A program made the translations under genes and the position numbers. A model generated the notes under the pieces. It ran no database searches. It worked only from the letters and a program-made list of their open reading frames with translations, and was not told the DNA's origin. Of a stretch of 55,646 nt of DNA, positions 19,441 through 30,111 are shown one piece after another. Origin of the DNA: Patescibacteria group bacterium. Lineage in GTDB: Bacteria > Patescibacteriota > Minisyncoccia > Minisyncoccales > Staskawiczbacteraceae. Every line of letters starts with the position of its first letter. The stretch's first letter is position 1. The stretch covers positions 1-55,646 of the forward strand of contig JBBTVX010000002.1 of the NCBI GenBank assembly GCA_038063015.1, written 5' to 3'.

Positions 19441-22400
19441 ATGACAGGGACTATTCATAAAGTAAAAAACTTTTCAAAATCCAAACTCTCTTTTTCTATG
19501 CCTCATCTCTTAACGATGCAAAGGGAAACATGGGAGGATTTTTGGAAGGTAAGAGTCAAAGAACTTCTTTCTGAAATTTCTCCGATTATTGATTACACGG
19601 AAAAAGAATTTGAACTTTGGTTTTTGGATTATAAATTAGGCAGGCCAAACTATAAAAATGGTTTGGAGGCGAAAAAAAACAATGATAGCCTGGAAGCCGC
19701 TTTAAGAGTTAAGGTTAGGTTAGTCAATCGTAGAACTAAAGAAGTAAAAGAGCAGGAAGTTTTTATTGCCGATTTTCCCCTAATGACAGAAAGAGGAACT
19801 TTTGTTGTAAACGGAGTAGAAAGAGTTGTTGTTTCGCAGCTTATTCGTTCCCCCGGTGCATTTTTTACAGCAAGGTCGTTTCGCGGAAAAAATTATTTTG
19901 GGGCAAAAATTATTCCAAACAGAGGAGCCTGGTTAGAATTTGAAACCGAAGAGTCTGGTTTTATTGGAGTTAAAATAAATCGCAAGAGAAAGGTGCCCGC
20001 AACCACCCTACTTTTAGCTTTAGGTCTAGATACTATAGAAAAAGTTGAAAAAGAATTTAAAGATTTAGATAAAGGAGAAATACAATATATTAAGGAAACC
20101 CTAAAAAGAGACACCTGCAAAGACCAAAAAGAAGCCTTAGTGGAAATTTATAGACGTCTAAGGCCAGGAGATTTGGTTACTCCCGATACTGCCCAGGATT
20201 TAATTTTTAATATGTTTTTTAATTTTGACAGGTATGACTTGTCAAAAGTTGGCAGATGGAAAACGTGGCAACGGCTTCCAAATTTGGCTCCAGTCAAGAA
20301 AGACAAAGATGTCTCAAAAGACGATCGGATTTTAAAATTATCCGACATTATTGAGGTTGTAAAAGAAGTAATTCGTTTGAACAACAATCCCGACGCTAAA
20401 CCCGATCAGGTTGATCATTTAGGAAACAGAAGGGTGAGAACATTATCTGAACTTTTGCAAAACCGGCTAAGAGTGGGAATGATGAGAATGGAAAGAATAA
20501 TTAAAGACAAAATGTCTACATTAGACCCGCTTACTATAACCCCAATTCAGCTTATAAACCCAAGACCGTTAATGGCAGTAATCAAAGAATTTTATACTTC
20601 TTCTCAATTTTCCCAGTTTATGGATAATGAAAACCCTTTGGCAGAATTAGAGCACAAAAGGCGACTGACCACCACGGGACCAGGCGGATTGACAAGAGAG
20701 AGGGCTGGTTTTGAAGTAAGGGATGTGCAACCATCTCATTATGGGAGAATTTGTCCTATTGAAACGCCAGAAGGACCCAATGTTGGGTTAGTGGGCCATT
20801 TGGCTTCTTTTGCCAGAGTAAATCCGTATGGATTCATTGAAACACCATATTTTAAAGTAAAAAATGGAAAAATAACAGACGAAGTTCATTACCTTTCAGC
20901 GCAGGAAGAAGAAAGGTTTGTTATTATTACTGCTTCAGTTCCATTAGATGAAAATGGAAAGATACTTCCTGAAGTCCCGCCAGACAAAGTTGAGGCGAGG
21001 GTAAAAGGAGAGCCGGCCGAAACCGAAATTTCTAAAGTGGACTACGCTGATGTTTCTTCAAAGCAGTTTCTTTCTGTCGCGGCTTCTTTGATTCCATTCT
21101 TGCAAAATGACGACGCCTCAAGAGCCCTTATGGGGTCTAACATGCAACGTCAGTCGGTTCCGTTATTAAAACCGCAAGCTCCCTTAGTCGGCACTGGCGT
21201 TGAGAGAAATGTTGCTCATGATTCTGGCCAAGTAATATTGGCAAAATATCCGGGCGTAGTTAAAGAAGTGGATTCTCAACATATTAAGGCGTTGTATGAC
21301 CAGGGGTCTAAAAAAGTTGAGGAAAACTATGAACTTCAAACATTTATAAGAACTAACCAATATTCTTGTTTTCATCAAAGACCAATAGTTCAAAAAGGAG
21401 AGGAATTTAAAAAAGGAGATGTTTTAGCCGACGGCGCCGCTATCTCTGAAGGCAGACTGGCTTTAGGCAGAAATATTTTAGTTTGTTTTCTGCCATTAAG
21501 AGGCGGAGGGTTTGAGGATTCTATCACTATTTCAGAAAAATTAGTGAAAGAAGACGAGTTTACATCAATTCATATTGAAGATTTCACTTGCGATGTCAGA
21601 GAAACAAAATTGGGACCGGAAGTTACAACTTCTGATATTTCCAATGTTGGCGAGGAAAAGCTAAAGGATTTAGATGAAGAGGGAATAGTAAGAGTGGGGG
21701 CTGAAGTAGGTCCAAACGATATTTTAGTTGGAAAAATTTCTCCAAAAGGCGAGGCAGAGTTAACTCCAGAAGAAAGATTATTAAGGGCAATTTTTGGAGA
21801 AAAAGTAAAAGATGTTAAAGACAGCTCTTTAAGAATGGAGCATGGCAAGAGAGGAAAAGTAGTTAATGTAAAAATATTTTCACGCGACCTCGGGCACAAA
21901 TTAGAGCCCGGAGTTATAAAAAAAATTCAAGTTGAGATTGCCGAAACAAGAAAAGTAAAAGTTGGAGACAAATTAGTGGGAAGACACGGAAACAAAGGCG
22001 TTGTTTCCAAGATATTAGCAGAAGAAGAAATGCCATATTTAGCCGACGGCACTCCAATTGATTTAGTCTTGTCTCCTTTGTCTGTGCCGTCAAGAATGAA
22101 TATCGGCCAGATTTTAGAAACTCATCTCGGCTGGGCAGCTCATAAATTAAATTATATAGCGATATCACCATCGTTATTAGGAGCCAATAAAGAAGATATT
22201 AAAAAAGAATTGAAAGAAGCCGGACTTCCCGAATCGGGTCAGGTAACCTTATACGACGGCAAGACAGGCCTTCCTTTTCCAAGAAAAATTACCGTTGGTT
22301 ATATGTATATAATGAAGCTTATTCATATGGTTGATGATAAAGTTCACGCCAGATCAATTGGACCATACTCTTTAATTACTCAACAGCCGCTTGGCGGAAA

Positions 22401-22671
22401 AGCCCAGTTTGGAGGCCAGAGGTTTGGAGAAATGGAGGTTTGGGCATTGGAAGGATATGGCGTAGCTCATACTTTGCAGGAAATGTTGACCATTAAGTCC
22501 GACGACGTTATGGGCAGAGCCGCAACTTACGAAGCCATATTAAAAGGAGAGCCGATAAGAAATCCAAACATTCCTGCTTCGTTTAATCTTTTGGTTGCCG
22601 AATTAAAATCGCTTGGCTTGGCAGTTGAAGTTAAAGAAAAATTACGCCAGGAAAGAGACGAAAAAAAATAA
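19441..22671 (+). CDS. rpoB: RNA polymerase beta subunit
   Basis: GTFVVNGVERVVVSQL, GRICPIETPEGPN, GDKLVGRHGNKG, GGQRFGEME. Confidence 0.99.
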   Translation: MTGTIHKVKNFSKSKLSFSMPHLLTMQRETWEDFWKVRVKELLSEISPIIDYTEKEFELWFLDYKLGRPNYKNGLEAKKNNDSLEAALRVKVRLVNRRTKEVKEQEVFIADFPLMTERGTFVVNGVERVVVSQLIRSPGAFFTARSFRGKNYFGAKIIPNRGAWLEFETEESGFIGVKINRKRKVPATTLLLALGLDTIEKVEKEFKDLDKGEIQYIKETLKRDTCKDQKEALVEIYRRLRPGDLVTPDTAQDLIFNMFFNFDRYDLSKVGRWKTWQRLPNLAPVKKDKDVSKDDRILKLSDIIEVVKEVIRLNNNPDAKPDQVDHLGNRRVRTLSELLQNRLRVGMMRMERIIKDKMSTLDPLTITPIQLINPRPLMAVIKEFYTSSQFSQFMDNENPLAELEHKRRLTTTGPGGLTRERAGFEVRDVQPSHYGRICPIETPEGPNVGLVGHLASFARVNPYGFIETPYFKVKNGKITDEVHYLSAQEEERFVIITASVPLDENGKILPEVPPDKVEARVKGEPAETEISKVDYADVSSKQFLSVAASLIPFLQNDDASRALMGSNMQRQSVPLLKPQAPLVGTGVERNVAHDSGQVILAKYPGVVKEVDSQHIKALYDQGSKKVEENYELQTFIRTNQYSCFHQRPIVQKGEEFKKGDVLADGAAISEGRLALGRNILVCFLPLRGGGFEDSITISEKLVKEDEFTSIHIEDFTCDVRETKLGPEVTTSDISNVGEEKLKDLDEEGIVRVGAEVGPNDILVGKISPKGEAELTPEERLLRAIFGEKVKDVKDSSLRMEHGKRGKVVNVKIFSRDLGHKLEPGVIKKIQVEIAETRKVKVGDKLVGRHGNKGVVSKILAEEEMPYLADGTPIDLVLSPLSVPSRMNIGQILETHLGWAAHKLNYIAISPSLLGANKEDIKKELKEAGLPESGQVTLYDGKTGLPFPRKITVGYMYIMKLIHMVDDKVHARSIGPYSLITQQPLGGKAQFGGQRFGEMEVWALEGYGVAHTLQEMLTIKSDDVMGRAATYEAILKGEPIRNPNIPASFNLLVAELKSLGLAVEVKEKLRQERDEKK

Positions 22672-22690
22672 TTTTAAACTTTTTAAACCT

Positions 22691-25600
22691 ATGCGTGTAG
22701 TAGATCTAGAATCAATAAGAGTAAAATTGGCCTCGCCCGAGGAAGTTTTGTCGTGGTCTCATGGCGAGATAATAAAGCCGGAAACAATAAATTACAGAAC
22801 CCAAAAGTCGGAAAAGGACGGTCTTTTTGACGAAAGAATTTTTGGACCTGAAAAAGATTACGAGTGCGCTTGCGGGAAATATAAAAGAATAAGATACAAG
22901 GGTGTAGTTTGCGACAGGTGCGGAGTAGAGGTTACTAAATCTTCTGTAAGGAGAGAAAGAATGGGCCATATTAAACTAGCGGCCCCTGTTTCCCATATTT
23001 GGTTTTTAAGAGGGGTACCGTCAAGAATGGGCCTGGTTTTAGATAGGTCATCACAGCAATTGGAAAAAGTTATTTATTTTTCTTCGTATATTATTACTAA
23101 AGTTGATGATGAGGCGAGAAATAGAGTTTTAGACGCTATTGAACAGGAATATAAAACAAAAGTTAAAAAAGAAAAAACAGAGGCTGCCAAACAAGAATTA
23201 AAACAAGCCAGAGAGAAAGCCAAAGAAGAAGTTTTGGATATTAAAATACTTCAAATTTTATCTGAAGTTGTTTATCATAATTTATCTTTAAAATACGGAG
23301 AAATGTTTGAAGCGGGAACCGGAGCCGAAGCGGTTAAAAATCTTTTTTGTCAAGTTGATTTGAAAAAGACAATCAGCGAATTAATAAAAGAGAGCGAAGA
23401 AACTCCTCCAGCCCTGAAAAAGAAAGTTTTAAGAAGATTAAAAGTTTTCCAGGGAATGTTAAAAGCCAACGTCAGACCCGAGTGGATGTTTATGGATGTA
23501 TTGCCCGTATTGCCGCCAGATTTAAGGCCAATGGTTCAATTAGACGGCGGAAGATATGCTTCCTCTGATTTAAACGACCTTTATAGAAGAGTTATAAACA
23601 GAAATAATAGATTAAAATATCTTTTAGAAATTTCAGCGCCGTCAGTCATTGTCAGAAACGAAAAAAGAATGTTGCAGGAAGCGGTTGATGCTTTGATTGA
23701 TAATGAAATGAGAAAAGGGGTAACAACTACCGCTACAACCGGAGGAAAACGACTATTAAAATCTTTAGCCGCGATATTGGCGGGAAAGCAGGGAAGATTT
23801 AGACAAAATCTTTTAGGCAAGCGAGTCGATTATTCTGGCAGATCGGTTATTGCAGTGGGTCCTGAGCTTCATTTTGCTCAGTGCGGTTTGCCAAAAATGC
23901 TGGCTTTGGAAATTTTTAAACCATTTGTTATTAAGAAAATCTTAGACAAAGAATTAGCCTATAATATTAGGGGAGCGGCTAGACTGATTGAAGAAAAAAT
24001 TCCTGAAGTTTGGGCCATATTAGAGGAAATAGTAAAAAGCAAATTAGTTTTATTAAACAGGGCGCCGACTTTGCACAGACTTGGCATTCAGGCGTTTCAG
24101 CCGGTTTTGACCGAAGGAGAGACAATAAAACTTCATCCATTTGCTTGCGAGGCGTTTAACGCGGATTTTGACGGCGACCAAATGGCAGTTTATTTGCCTC
24201 TTTCAGACGAGGCGCAAAAAGAAGCCAGAGAAATTATGCTTTCTTCTTTAAATCTTTTAAGGCCGGCTACAGGATTGCCGGTAATCGGGCCATTTAGGGA
24301 CATTGCTTTGGGATGTTATTTTTTAACAAAAATAAAAGAACCGAAAGAGCCAGTAGACATCAAAACCTTAAAAGTATATTCCAGCGATTCAGAAGCTATT
24401 ACAGCTTATGAATATAAATTTTTAGAATTAAACGAAAAAATCAGAGTGCCGAATCCGCGTCTACCTGACGGGCGGGCAAAATCAGGTAAAATAGAATTAA
24501 TAGAAACAAGCGTTGGCAGGATTATTTTAAACGCCTGTTTGCCGAAGAATCATTCATATGTAAATAAATTAATAGACAACAAGGCGTTGAAAGGGCTTGT
24601 TAGAGAAATTGTTGAAAAATATTCAAACGAAGAGGCCGTAGCGTTTTTGGATAGAATTAAGGTATTGGGCTTTGAACATTGTACTCTGTCTGGGGTAAGC
24701 TGGGGCATGGATGATTTGATTGTGCCAAAAGAAAAAAAGCAATTAATATTTGACGCAGAAAGGGAAGTAGAAGAGATTGACAATCATTTTAAAAAAGGAT
24801 TGCTTTCGCACGAAGAAAAAACTTCGCAGAAGATTTTAATTTGGCAGTCAGTTAAAACAAAACTTGAAAGTTTGTTAAAAACCACCTTGCCAGAAGATGG
24901 ACCAGTGTTATCTATTATTAACGCTGGAGCCAGGGGAACTTGGGCGCAACCAGTGCAGATGGCCGGAATGAAAGGTTTGGTTAATAATCCTGCCGGTGAT
25001 ATCATTGAACTGCCAATCAAGTCTTCTTTTGCAGAGGGATTTAATGTTTTAGAGTATTTCATTTCTACCCATGGGGCTAGAAAAGGTACCGCTGATACTG
25101 CTTTAAGAACTTCTTCGGCTGGATATTTAACAAGGCGTCTTATAGACGTAAGCCATGATGTAATAGTAAATGAAGATGATTGTGGAGACAAAACAGGAAT
25201 TACTGTTTGGAGAAAAGACGCTGAAATAATAGAACAGGATTTTGTTTTTAAAATAGTTGGAAGATATTGTTTAGAGGACGTGGTAAAAGACCAAAAGATT
25301 TTTGTTAAAAAAGGAGAATATATTGATTGGAAAACGGCAGATGAAATTAGTAAAGCCGAAATTGAAAGAGTTGTTGTACGTTCTCCTTTAAGCTGTAAAA
25401 ACAAATCAGGAATTTGCCAGAGTTGTTATGGTTGGGATCTGGGCAGAAACAGCTTAGTAAAATTAGGAGAGGCGGTCGGAGTCGTTGCCGCACAAGCAAT
25501 TGGAGAACCAGGCACACAGTTAACACTGAGAACACATCATTTAGGAGGAGTAGTCGGCACCGGTGATATTACACAGGGTTTGCCAAGAATTGAAGAAATT

Positions 25601-26278
25601 TTTGAATCAAGGGCTCCAAAAGGGGAGGCAGTAATGACGTTAGCCGAAGGCAAGGTTATAAAAGTTGACGAGGGAAATAGAATTGTAAAGATTGAACCCG
25701 TCTCCAAATCTGCTAAAAAAATGCCGGCGATTGAGTACAAAATTCCTAACAGGATTGCTATTTTAGTCAAAGAGGGAGACGAGGTTAAAGAAAATCAGGC
25801 TCTTTGCGGGGGAAATTTAGATTTGAAAAAAATGTATAAATCAGCAGGGTTGGAAGCAACTCAAAAATATATTCTGAAAGAAGTTCAGAAAATTTATTCT
25901 TCGCAAGGCGTTGATATACACGACAAACATATTGAAGTTATTATCCAGAAGATGTTTTCCAGAATGAAAATAAGAGAAGAAGGAGATAGTTTATGGGTGA
26001 CAGGAGAGGTTATTGAGGGAGGGGTATTTCAAGAAGAGGTTGACAGACTAAAAAAAGCAAAGAAAAACCCTCCAATTGGAGCGCAAATATTATTGGGAAT
26101 TTCTGAGGTTGCTTTAGCGTCAGAAAGCTTCTTGTCAGCGGCCTCATTTCAGCAAACATCCAGAGTTTTAATTAAAGCGGCGCTTGAGGGCAAGGAAGAC
26201 AAACTGCGCGGTCTCAAAGAAAATGTGATTATCGGAAAACTCATTCCGGTAGGCACTGGATTTATTAAAAAGAAATAA
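22691..26278 (+). CDS. rpoC: RNA polymerase beta' subunit
   Basis: FNADFDGDQMAV catalytic motif, zinc fingers, GLKENVIIG; likely start ATG 22691. Confidence 0.99.
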   Translation: MRVVDLESIRVKLASPEEVLSWSHGEIIKPETINYRTQKSEKDGLFDERIFGPEKDYECACGKYKRIRYKGVVCDRCGVEVTKSSVRRERMGHIKLAAPVSHIWFLRGVPSRMGLVLDRSSQQLEKVIYFSSYIITKVDDEARNRVLDAIEQEYKTKVKKEKTEAAKQELKQAREKAKEEVLDIKILQILSEVVYHNLSLKYGEMFEAGTGAEAVKNLFCQVDLKKTISELIKESEETPPALKKKVLRRLKVFQGMLKANVRPEWMFMDVLPVLPPDLRPMVQLDGGRYASSDLNDLYRRVINRNNRLKYLLEISAPSVIVRNEKRMLQEAVDALIDNEMRKGVTTTATTGGKRLLKSLAAILAGKQGRFRQNLLGKRVDYSGRSVIAVGPELHFAQCGLPKMLALEIFKPFVIKKILDKELAYNIRGAARLIEEKIPEVWAILEEIVKSKLVLLNRAPTLHRLGIQAFQPVLTEGETIKLHPFACEAFNADFDGDQMAVYLPLSDEAQKEAREIMLSSLNLLRPATGLPVIGPFRDIALGCYFLTKIKEPKEPVDIKTLKVYSSDSEAITAYEYKFLELNEKIRVPNPRLPDGRAKSGKIELIETSVGRIILNACLPKNHSYVNKLIDNKALKGLVREIVEKYSNEEAVAFLDRIKVLGFEHCTLSGVSWGMDDLIVPKEKKQLIFDAEREVEEIDNHFKKGLLSHEEKTSQKILIWQSVKTKLESLLKTTLPEDGPVLSIINAGARGTWAQPVQMAGMKGLVNNPAGDIIELPIKSSFAEGFNVLEYFISTHGARKGTADTALRTSSAGYLTRRLIDVSHDVIVNEDDCGDKTGITVWRKDAEIIEQDFVFKIVGRYCLEDVVKDQKIFVKKGEYIDWKTADEISKAEIERVVVRSPLSCKNKSGICQSCYGWDLGRNSLVKLGEAVGVVAAQAIGEPGTQLTLRTHHLGGVVGTGDITQGLPRIEEIFESRAPKGEAVMTLAEGKVIKVDEGNRIVKIEPVSKSAKKMPAIEYKIPNRIAILVKEGDEVKENQALCGGNLDLKKMYKSAGLEATQKYILKEVQKIYSSQGVDIHDKHIEVIIQKMFSRMKIREEGDSLWVTGEVIEGGVFQEEVDRLKKAKKNPPIGAQILLGISEVALASESFLSAASFQQTSRVLIKAALEGKEDKLRGLKENVIIGKLIPVGTGFIKKK

Positions 26279-26279
26279 T

Positions 26280-26309
26280 AAAACGCCCTCGTTCAGCGGG
26301 GGCGTTTTT
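26280..26309 (+). terminator. rpoBC terminator
   Basis: AAAACGCCCTCG-TTCAG-CGGGGGCGTTTTT. Confidence 0.75.
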
Positions 26310-26350
26310 GTTTACTTGAATAAATAAAAAGAAGCGTTATAATAATATAA

Positions 26351-26512
26351 TAAACTTGTTATTCAATAACAAATCTGCTGCAAATTAAGCGCTTGGTCTG
26401 CAAAATCATAAAATTTCGTCGGCTTATACAGAGTATAAACCTCCTCAATTTTCTGATTTTTCGCCCGCAAACGCTCAATTTCCGCGACGAAAATTATTAA
26501 ACAACAAGTTTA
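26351..26512. mobile_element. MITE-like long hairpin element (~160 bp, TA ends)
   Basis: Terminal inverted repeats AAACTTGTTATTCAATAA / TTATTAAACAACAAGTTT (16/18), nested internal stems, central ATACAGAGTAT. Confidence 0.65.
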
Positions 26513-26526
26513 ATACAGATTCAAAA

Positions 26527-28746
26527 ATGGCCAAAAATAACAATTTAAAAAAAGAGAATAATACTAAAATAAAAGCAAAGAATAGCAATCCTGTTTTGGC
26601 TCAATGGACCAAAAGATGGATTAAGGCGATTTTGATGTTTTTAGTCGCGCTTGTTATTGGTCTTTCGTTTTGGAATAAAGCCGGCGCAGCCGGCAGGATT
26701 TTTATAAATATCTCAAAATTTTTAATAGGGCAAGCTACTTTTACACTTCCTTTGTTTTTCTTTTTAGGCGGAATAATATTTTTGAAATCAAGAAAAAAAG
26801 GAAAAACATTAGCCATGTTTTTGGCTATTATTGTCACCATTATTGGAATTTCGGGTATTTTAGCCAGCCAAGATTTAATCAAATTACAGGGAGGATGGAC
26901 GGGGTTTTTATTAGCAAAATTGCTTATCGGAGGATTCGGTCTTTTAGTGGCTAATATCGTATTTGGAGCTGTTGTTTTAATAGGTATTTTTATATTTTTA
27001 CAATTTATTAGAAATGAGGTGCCTAAGGAAAAATTAGACGAGGAAAAACGGCCGTCTTTTATATCGCAAATAATGAAAAAAAGCGGAGACGCTTCTTTTA
27101 AAATAAAAGGAACAGAAGATGAAAAATCCGAATCATCTGTTTCCGTATCTCCGAGAATATCTTTATTTAAAAAAGAATCCTCCTCCGCTAAAGCTTCTGA
27201 GGAAGAAGAAACTAGAAGAAAAAAAACAGTGGGAACAAAGGGAGATTTCGTTTTGCCTCCATTAGATTTGCTTTCAAAAAATGAATTAGCGCCAACTTCG
27301 GGCAACATAAAGGAGAACTCAATACTTATTAAAAAAACGTTGGAAAATTTTGGAATACCCGTTGAAATGGCGGAAGTAAATGTAGGACCTACTGTTACTC
27401 AATATGCCTTTAAACCAGCCGAAGGCGTAAAATTATCAAAGATTACAACATTATCTAATAATTTAGCATTAGCCTTAGCCGCTCACCCGATTAGAATTGA
27501 AGCCCCTATACCCGGCAAATCTTTAGTGGGCATTGAAGTGCCAAATAAAGTAAGGTCAACGGTCGCTTTAAGAAATTTGATTGCCCATCAAAACTATCAA
27601 AATGCATTAACTCCTTTGCTTGTTGCTTTGGGCAGAAATGTTTCTGGTTCTCCGGTTTATGCCGATTTAACAGAAATGCCACATATGTTAATTGCCGGCG
27701 CTACTGGAACAGGCAAAACGATATTTTTAAACAGTTTGATTTTGAGCCTTTTATATAAGTCAACCCCTGATAGTTTAAGAATAATTATGGTTGATCCAAA
27801 GAGAGTGGAATTTCAAAATTATAATGATATGCCCCATCTATTGTGTCCGGTAATTTACGACGCCACAAAAACGATGAGCGCTTTGCAGTGGTTGATAAAA
27901 GAAATGGAAAGGAGATTTGAAGTATTTTCTGAAATTCCTGCCAGGAACATTACTACTTATAACCAAAATAAATCTGTTATTGCATCTGAACTGCAGCTTC
28001 CCTATATTGTTTTGATTATTGATGAATTAGCAGATTTAATGGCGGCTAAAGGAAGGGAGCTAGAAGCGGGAATTGTAAGATTAGCTCAGATGGCAAGGGC
28101 AACTGGCATACATTTAGTATTAGCCACCCAGAGGCCGTCCGTAGAAGTTATTACAGGGTTAATTAAGGCCAATATTACTTCAAGGGTTACTTTTCAGGTT
28201 GCTTCACAGGTTGATTCAAGAACAGTTTTAGACACAGCCGGCGCTGAAAAATTATTGGGCGCCGGGGATATGTTGTTTATGTCGGCTAAATCTTCTAAAA
28301 TTACAAGAATTCAGGGTCCATATGTTTCAGAAAAGGAGGTTAAAAAAGTAGCTGATTTTGTTTCAGAACAAGGTAAAAAAGCAGAAGAGCCACAATCTGT
28401 TCTTAGTCAAAGTTTGAAAGAAACCCTAGAACAAAGAGAGTCAAAAGAAGGAGAAGTATTTTTTGGCGGAGACGACGATCCGTTATTTGAAGATGTGAAG
28501 CGCATCGTTTTGGAAACTAAAAAAGCATCAGCTTCATTTTTACAAAGACGTTTAAGAATCGGCTATTCAAGAGCGGCTCGGCTTATTGATATGTTAGAAG
28601 AAAAAGGGCTTGTAGGCCCTGCTGACGGAGCCAAACCCAGAGATGTTTTTGCAAGCAAAGCGGATATCCAATTCGGTCCGGGAAAAGAGCCAAGCGGATT
28701 TGATGAATCAGAAGAACTAAAGAATAGCGAATGGCAAAAAGTGTAA
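26527..28746 (+). CDS. ftsK: DNA translocase FtsK/SpoIIIE
   Basis: N-terminal TMs, PHMLIAGATGTGKT, IDELADLM, ATQRPS, gamma domain LQRRLRIGYSRAARLID. Confidence 0.98.
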   Translation: MAKNNNLKKENNTKIKAKNSNPVLAQWTKRWIKAILMFLVALVIGLSFWNKAGAAGRIFINISKFLIGQATFTLPLFFFLGGIIFLKSRKKGKTLAMFLAIIVTIIGISGILASQDLIKLQGGWTGFLLAKLLIGGFGLLVANIVFGAVVLIGIFIFLQFIRNEVPKEKLDEEKRPSFISQIMKKSGDASFKIKGTEDEKSESSVSVSPRISLFKKESSSAKASEEEETRRKKTVGTKGDFVLPPLDLLSKNELAPTSGNIKENSILIKKTLENFGIPVEMAEVNVGPTVTQYAFKPAEGVKLSKITTLSNNLALALAAHPIRIEAPIPGKSLVGIEVPNKVRSTVALRNLIAHQNYQNALTPLLVALGRNVSGSPVYADLTEMPHMLIAGATGTGKTIFLNSLILSLLYKSTPDSLRIIMVDPKRVEFQNYNDMPHLLCPVIYDATKTMSALQWLIKEMERRFEVFSEIPARNITTYNQNKSVIASELQLPYIVLIIDELADLMAAKGRELEAGIVRLAQMARATGIHLVLATQRPSVEVITGLIKANITSRVTFQVASQVDSRTVLDTAGAEKLLGAGDMLFMSAKSSKITRIQGPYVSEKEVKKVADFVSEQGKKAEEPQSVLSQSLKETLEQRESKEGEVFFGGDDDPLFEDVKRIVLETKKASASFLQRRLRIGYSRAARLIDMLEEKGLVGPADGAKPRDVFASKADIQFGPGKEPSGFDESEELKNSEWQKV

Positions 28747-28797
28747 AATTTGAAATCACAAATTGTTATATCAAGATTAAATTTTAAAATAAACAAA

Positions 28798-29805
28798 ATG
28801 ACAAAAACAAAAAAGGAGGAGGGCGAAAAAGAAAAACAAACTAAAGCCATAGAAAATGTAGTTAATGAAATAAAAGAACGTTTTGGAGAGGGAGCTATTA
28901 TGAACCTTAGAGATATTTCAGCCGTTGATGTTGATGTTATTCCGACAGGTTCCATTGCTATGGATTTAGCTTTGGGGGTCAAAGGAATGCCCAGGGGCAG
29001 GATAATAGAGATATATGGAACAGAATCTTCTGGTAAAACCACATTGTCTCTGCATATTTTAGCTGAAGCTCAAAAAAAAGGAGGCGTTGGCGCTTTTATT
29101 GACGCAGAGCATGCTATGGACCCGGATTATGCAAGAAGAATTGGAGTTAATATTGATAATCTTTTAATATCTCAGCCCGATTCTGGAGAGCAAGCGCTGC
29201 AAATTGTTGAAACATTAGTGAAGTCAGAAAAAGTTGATGTAATAGTTATTGACTCTGTGGCAGCTCTAACTCCAAGAGTTGAAATAGAGGGGGAAATAGG
29301 AGACCAGCACATGGGGCTTCAAGCCAGAATGATGTCGCAAGCTTGCAGAAAGCTTTCTGGCATAGTGTCTAAAACAAATACAATGGTTATATTTTTAAAC
29401 CAAACCAGAATGAAAATTGGTATGGTTTTTGGCAATCCGGAAACAACGCCCGGAGGATTGGCCTTAAAATTTTATGCTTCCGTTAGAATTAATTTAGTCA
29501 GAACGGCTCAGATAAAATCAGGCGATGAGATTATCGGAAACAGAGTAAAAGCTAAAGTGGTCAAAAATAAAGTGGCCGCTCCCTTCCGCACAGCTGAATT
29601 TGATATTTATTATAACGAGGGAATTTCTAAAACAGGAGACATTTTTAGAGCCGGATTGCAATGCGGCGCAATAAAGCAATCAGGCAGTTTCTTCAGTTTT
29701 GAAGGCCAAAAAATGGGTCAGGGGAACGAAGCCGTAAAAGTTTTTTTGAAAGAAAATCCAGAGGTGGCAAAACAAATAAAAAAGTTGGCAATGGAGCAAA
29801 AATAA
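28798..29805 (+). CDS. recA: Recombinase A
   Basis: [33 protein letters not shown]; likely start ATG 28798. Confidence 0.99.
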   Translation: MTKTKKEEGEKEKQTKAIENVVNEIKERFGEGAIMNLRDISAVDVDVIPTGSIAMDLALGVKGMPRGRIIEIYGTESSGKTTLSLHILAEAQKKGGVGAFIDAEHAMDPDYARRIGVNIDNLLISQPDSGEQALQIVETLVKSEKVDVIVIDSVAALTPRVEIEGEIGDQHMGLQARMMSQACRKLSGIVSKTNTMVIFLNQTRMKIGMVFGNPETTPGGLALKFYASVRINLVRTAQIKSGDEIIGNRVKAKVVKNKVAAPFRTAEFDIYYNEGISKTGDIFRAGLQCGAIKQSGSFFSFEGQKMGQGNEAVKVFLKENPEVAKQIKKLAMEQK

Positions 29806-29812
29806 AAGGATA

Positions 29813-29860
29813 TAAAACAACACCGGGTATTGCATTAATGCAATACCCGGTGTTGTTTTA
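29813..29860. terminator. Bidirectional terminator (48-bp perfect palindrome) between convergent recA and rpsR
   Basis: TAAAACAACACCGGGTATTGCATT-AATGCAATACCCGGTGTTGTTTTA. Confidence 0.75.
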
Positions 29861-29865
29861 ATTAG

Positions 29866-30063
29866 TTATTTCGGAGTATAGGGCAATATTCCTATTTGTC
29901 TGGCGCGCTTGATTGCAGTGGCAATCTTTTTTTGGTGATGCATACAAAGGCCGGTTTTTTTTCTCGGTTTTATTTTATAAAAACCAGATATAAAACTCGA
30001 CAGCAATTCTGTATTTTTATAATCTACTTCATCAATATTTTTTTGGCAAAAATAACAAAACAT
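29866..30063 (-). CDS. rpsR: 30S ribosomal protein S18
   Basis: CYFC...DYKN...KIKPRKKTGLC.HHQ...AIKRAR; zinc-binding type. Confidence 0.95.
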   Translation of the reverse strand: MFCYFCQKNIDEVDYKNTELLSSFISGFYKIKPRKKTGLCMHHQKKIATAIKRARQIGILPYTPK

Positions 30064-30111
30064 AGAATTATTTTTCCTAAAATATTCTTATTTTTATATT
30101 CTAAATTAGAA

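Noticed and set aside
26601-27308. Long antisense ORFs (e.g. 26601-27308, 24784-25404, 43863-44435, 28563-29042)
   Set aside because: Shadows of better-supported genes on the opposite strand, with no motifs.
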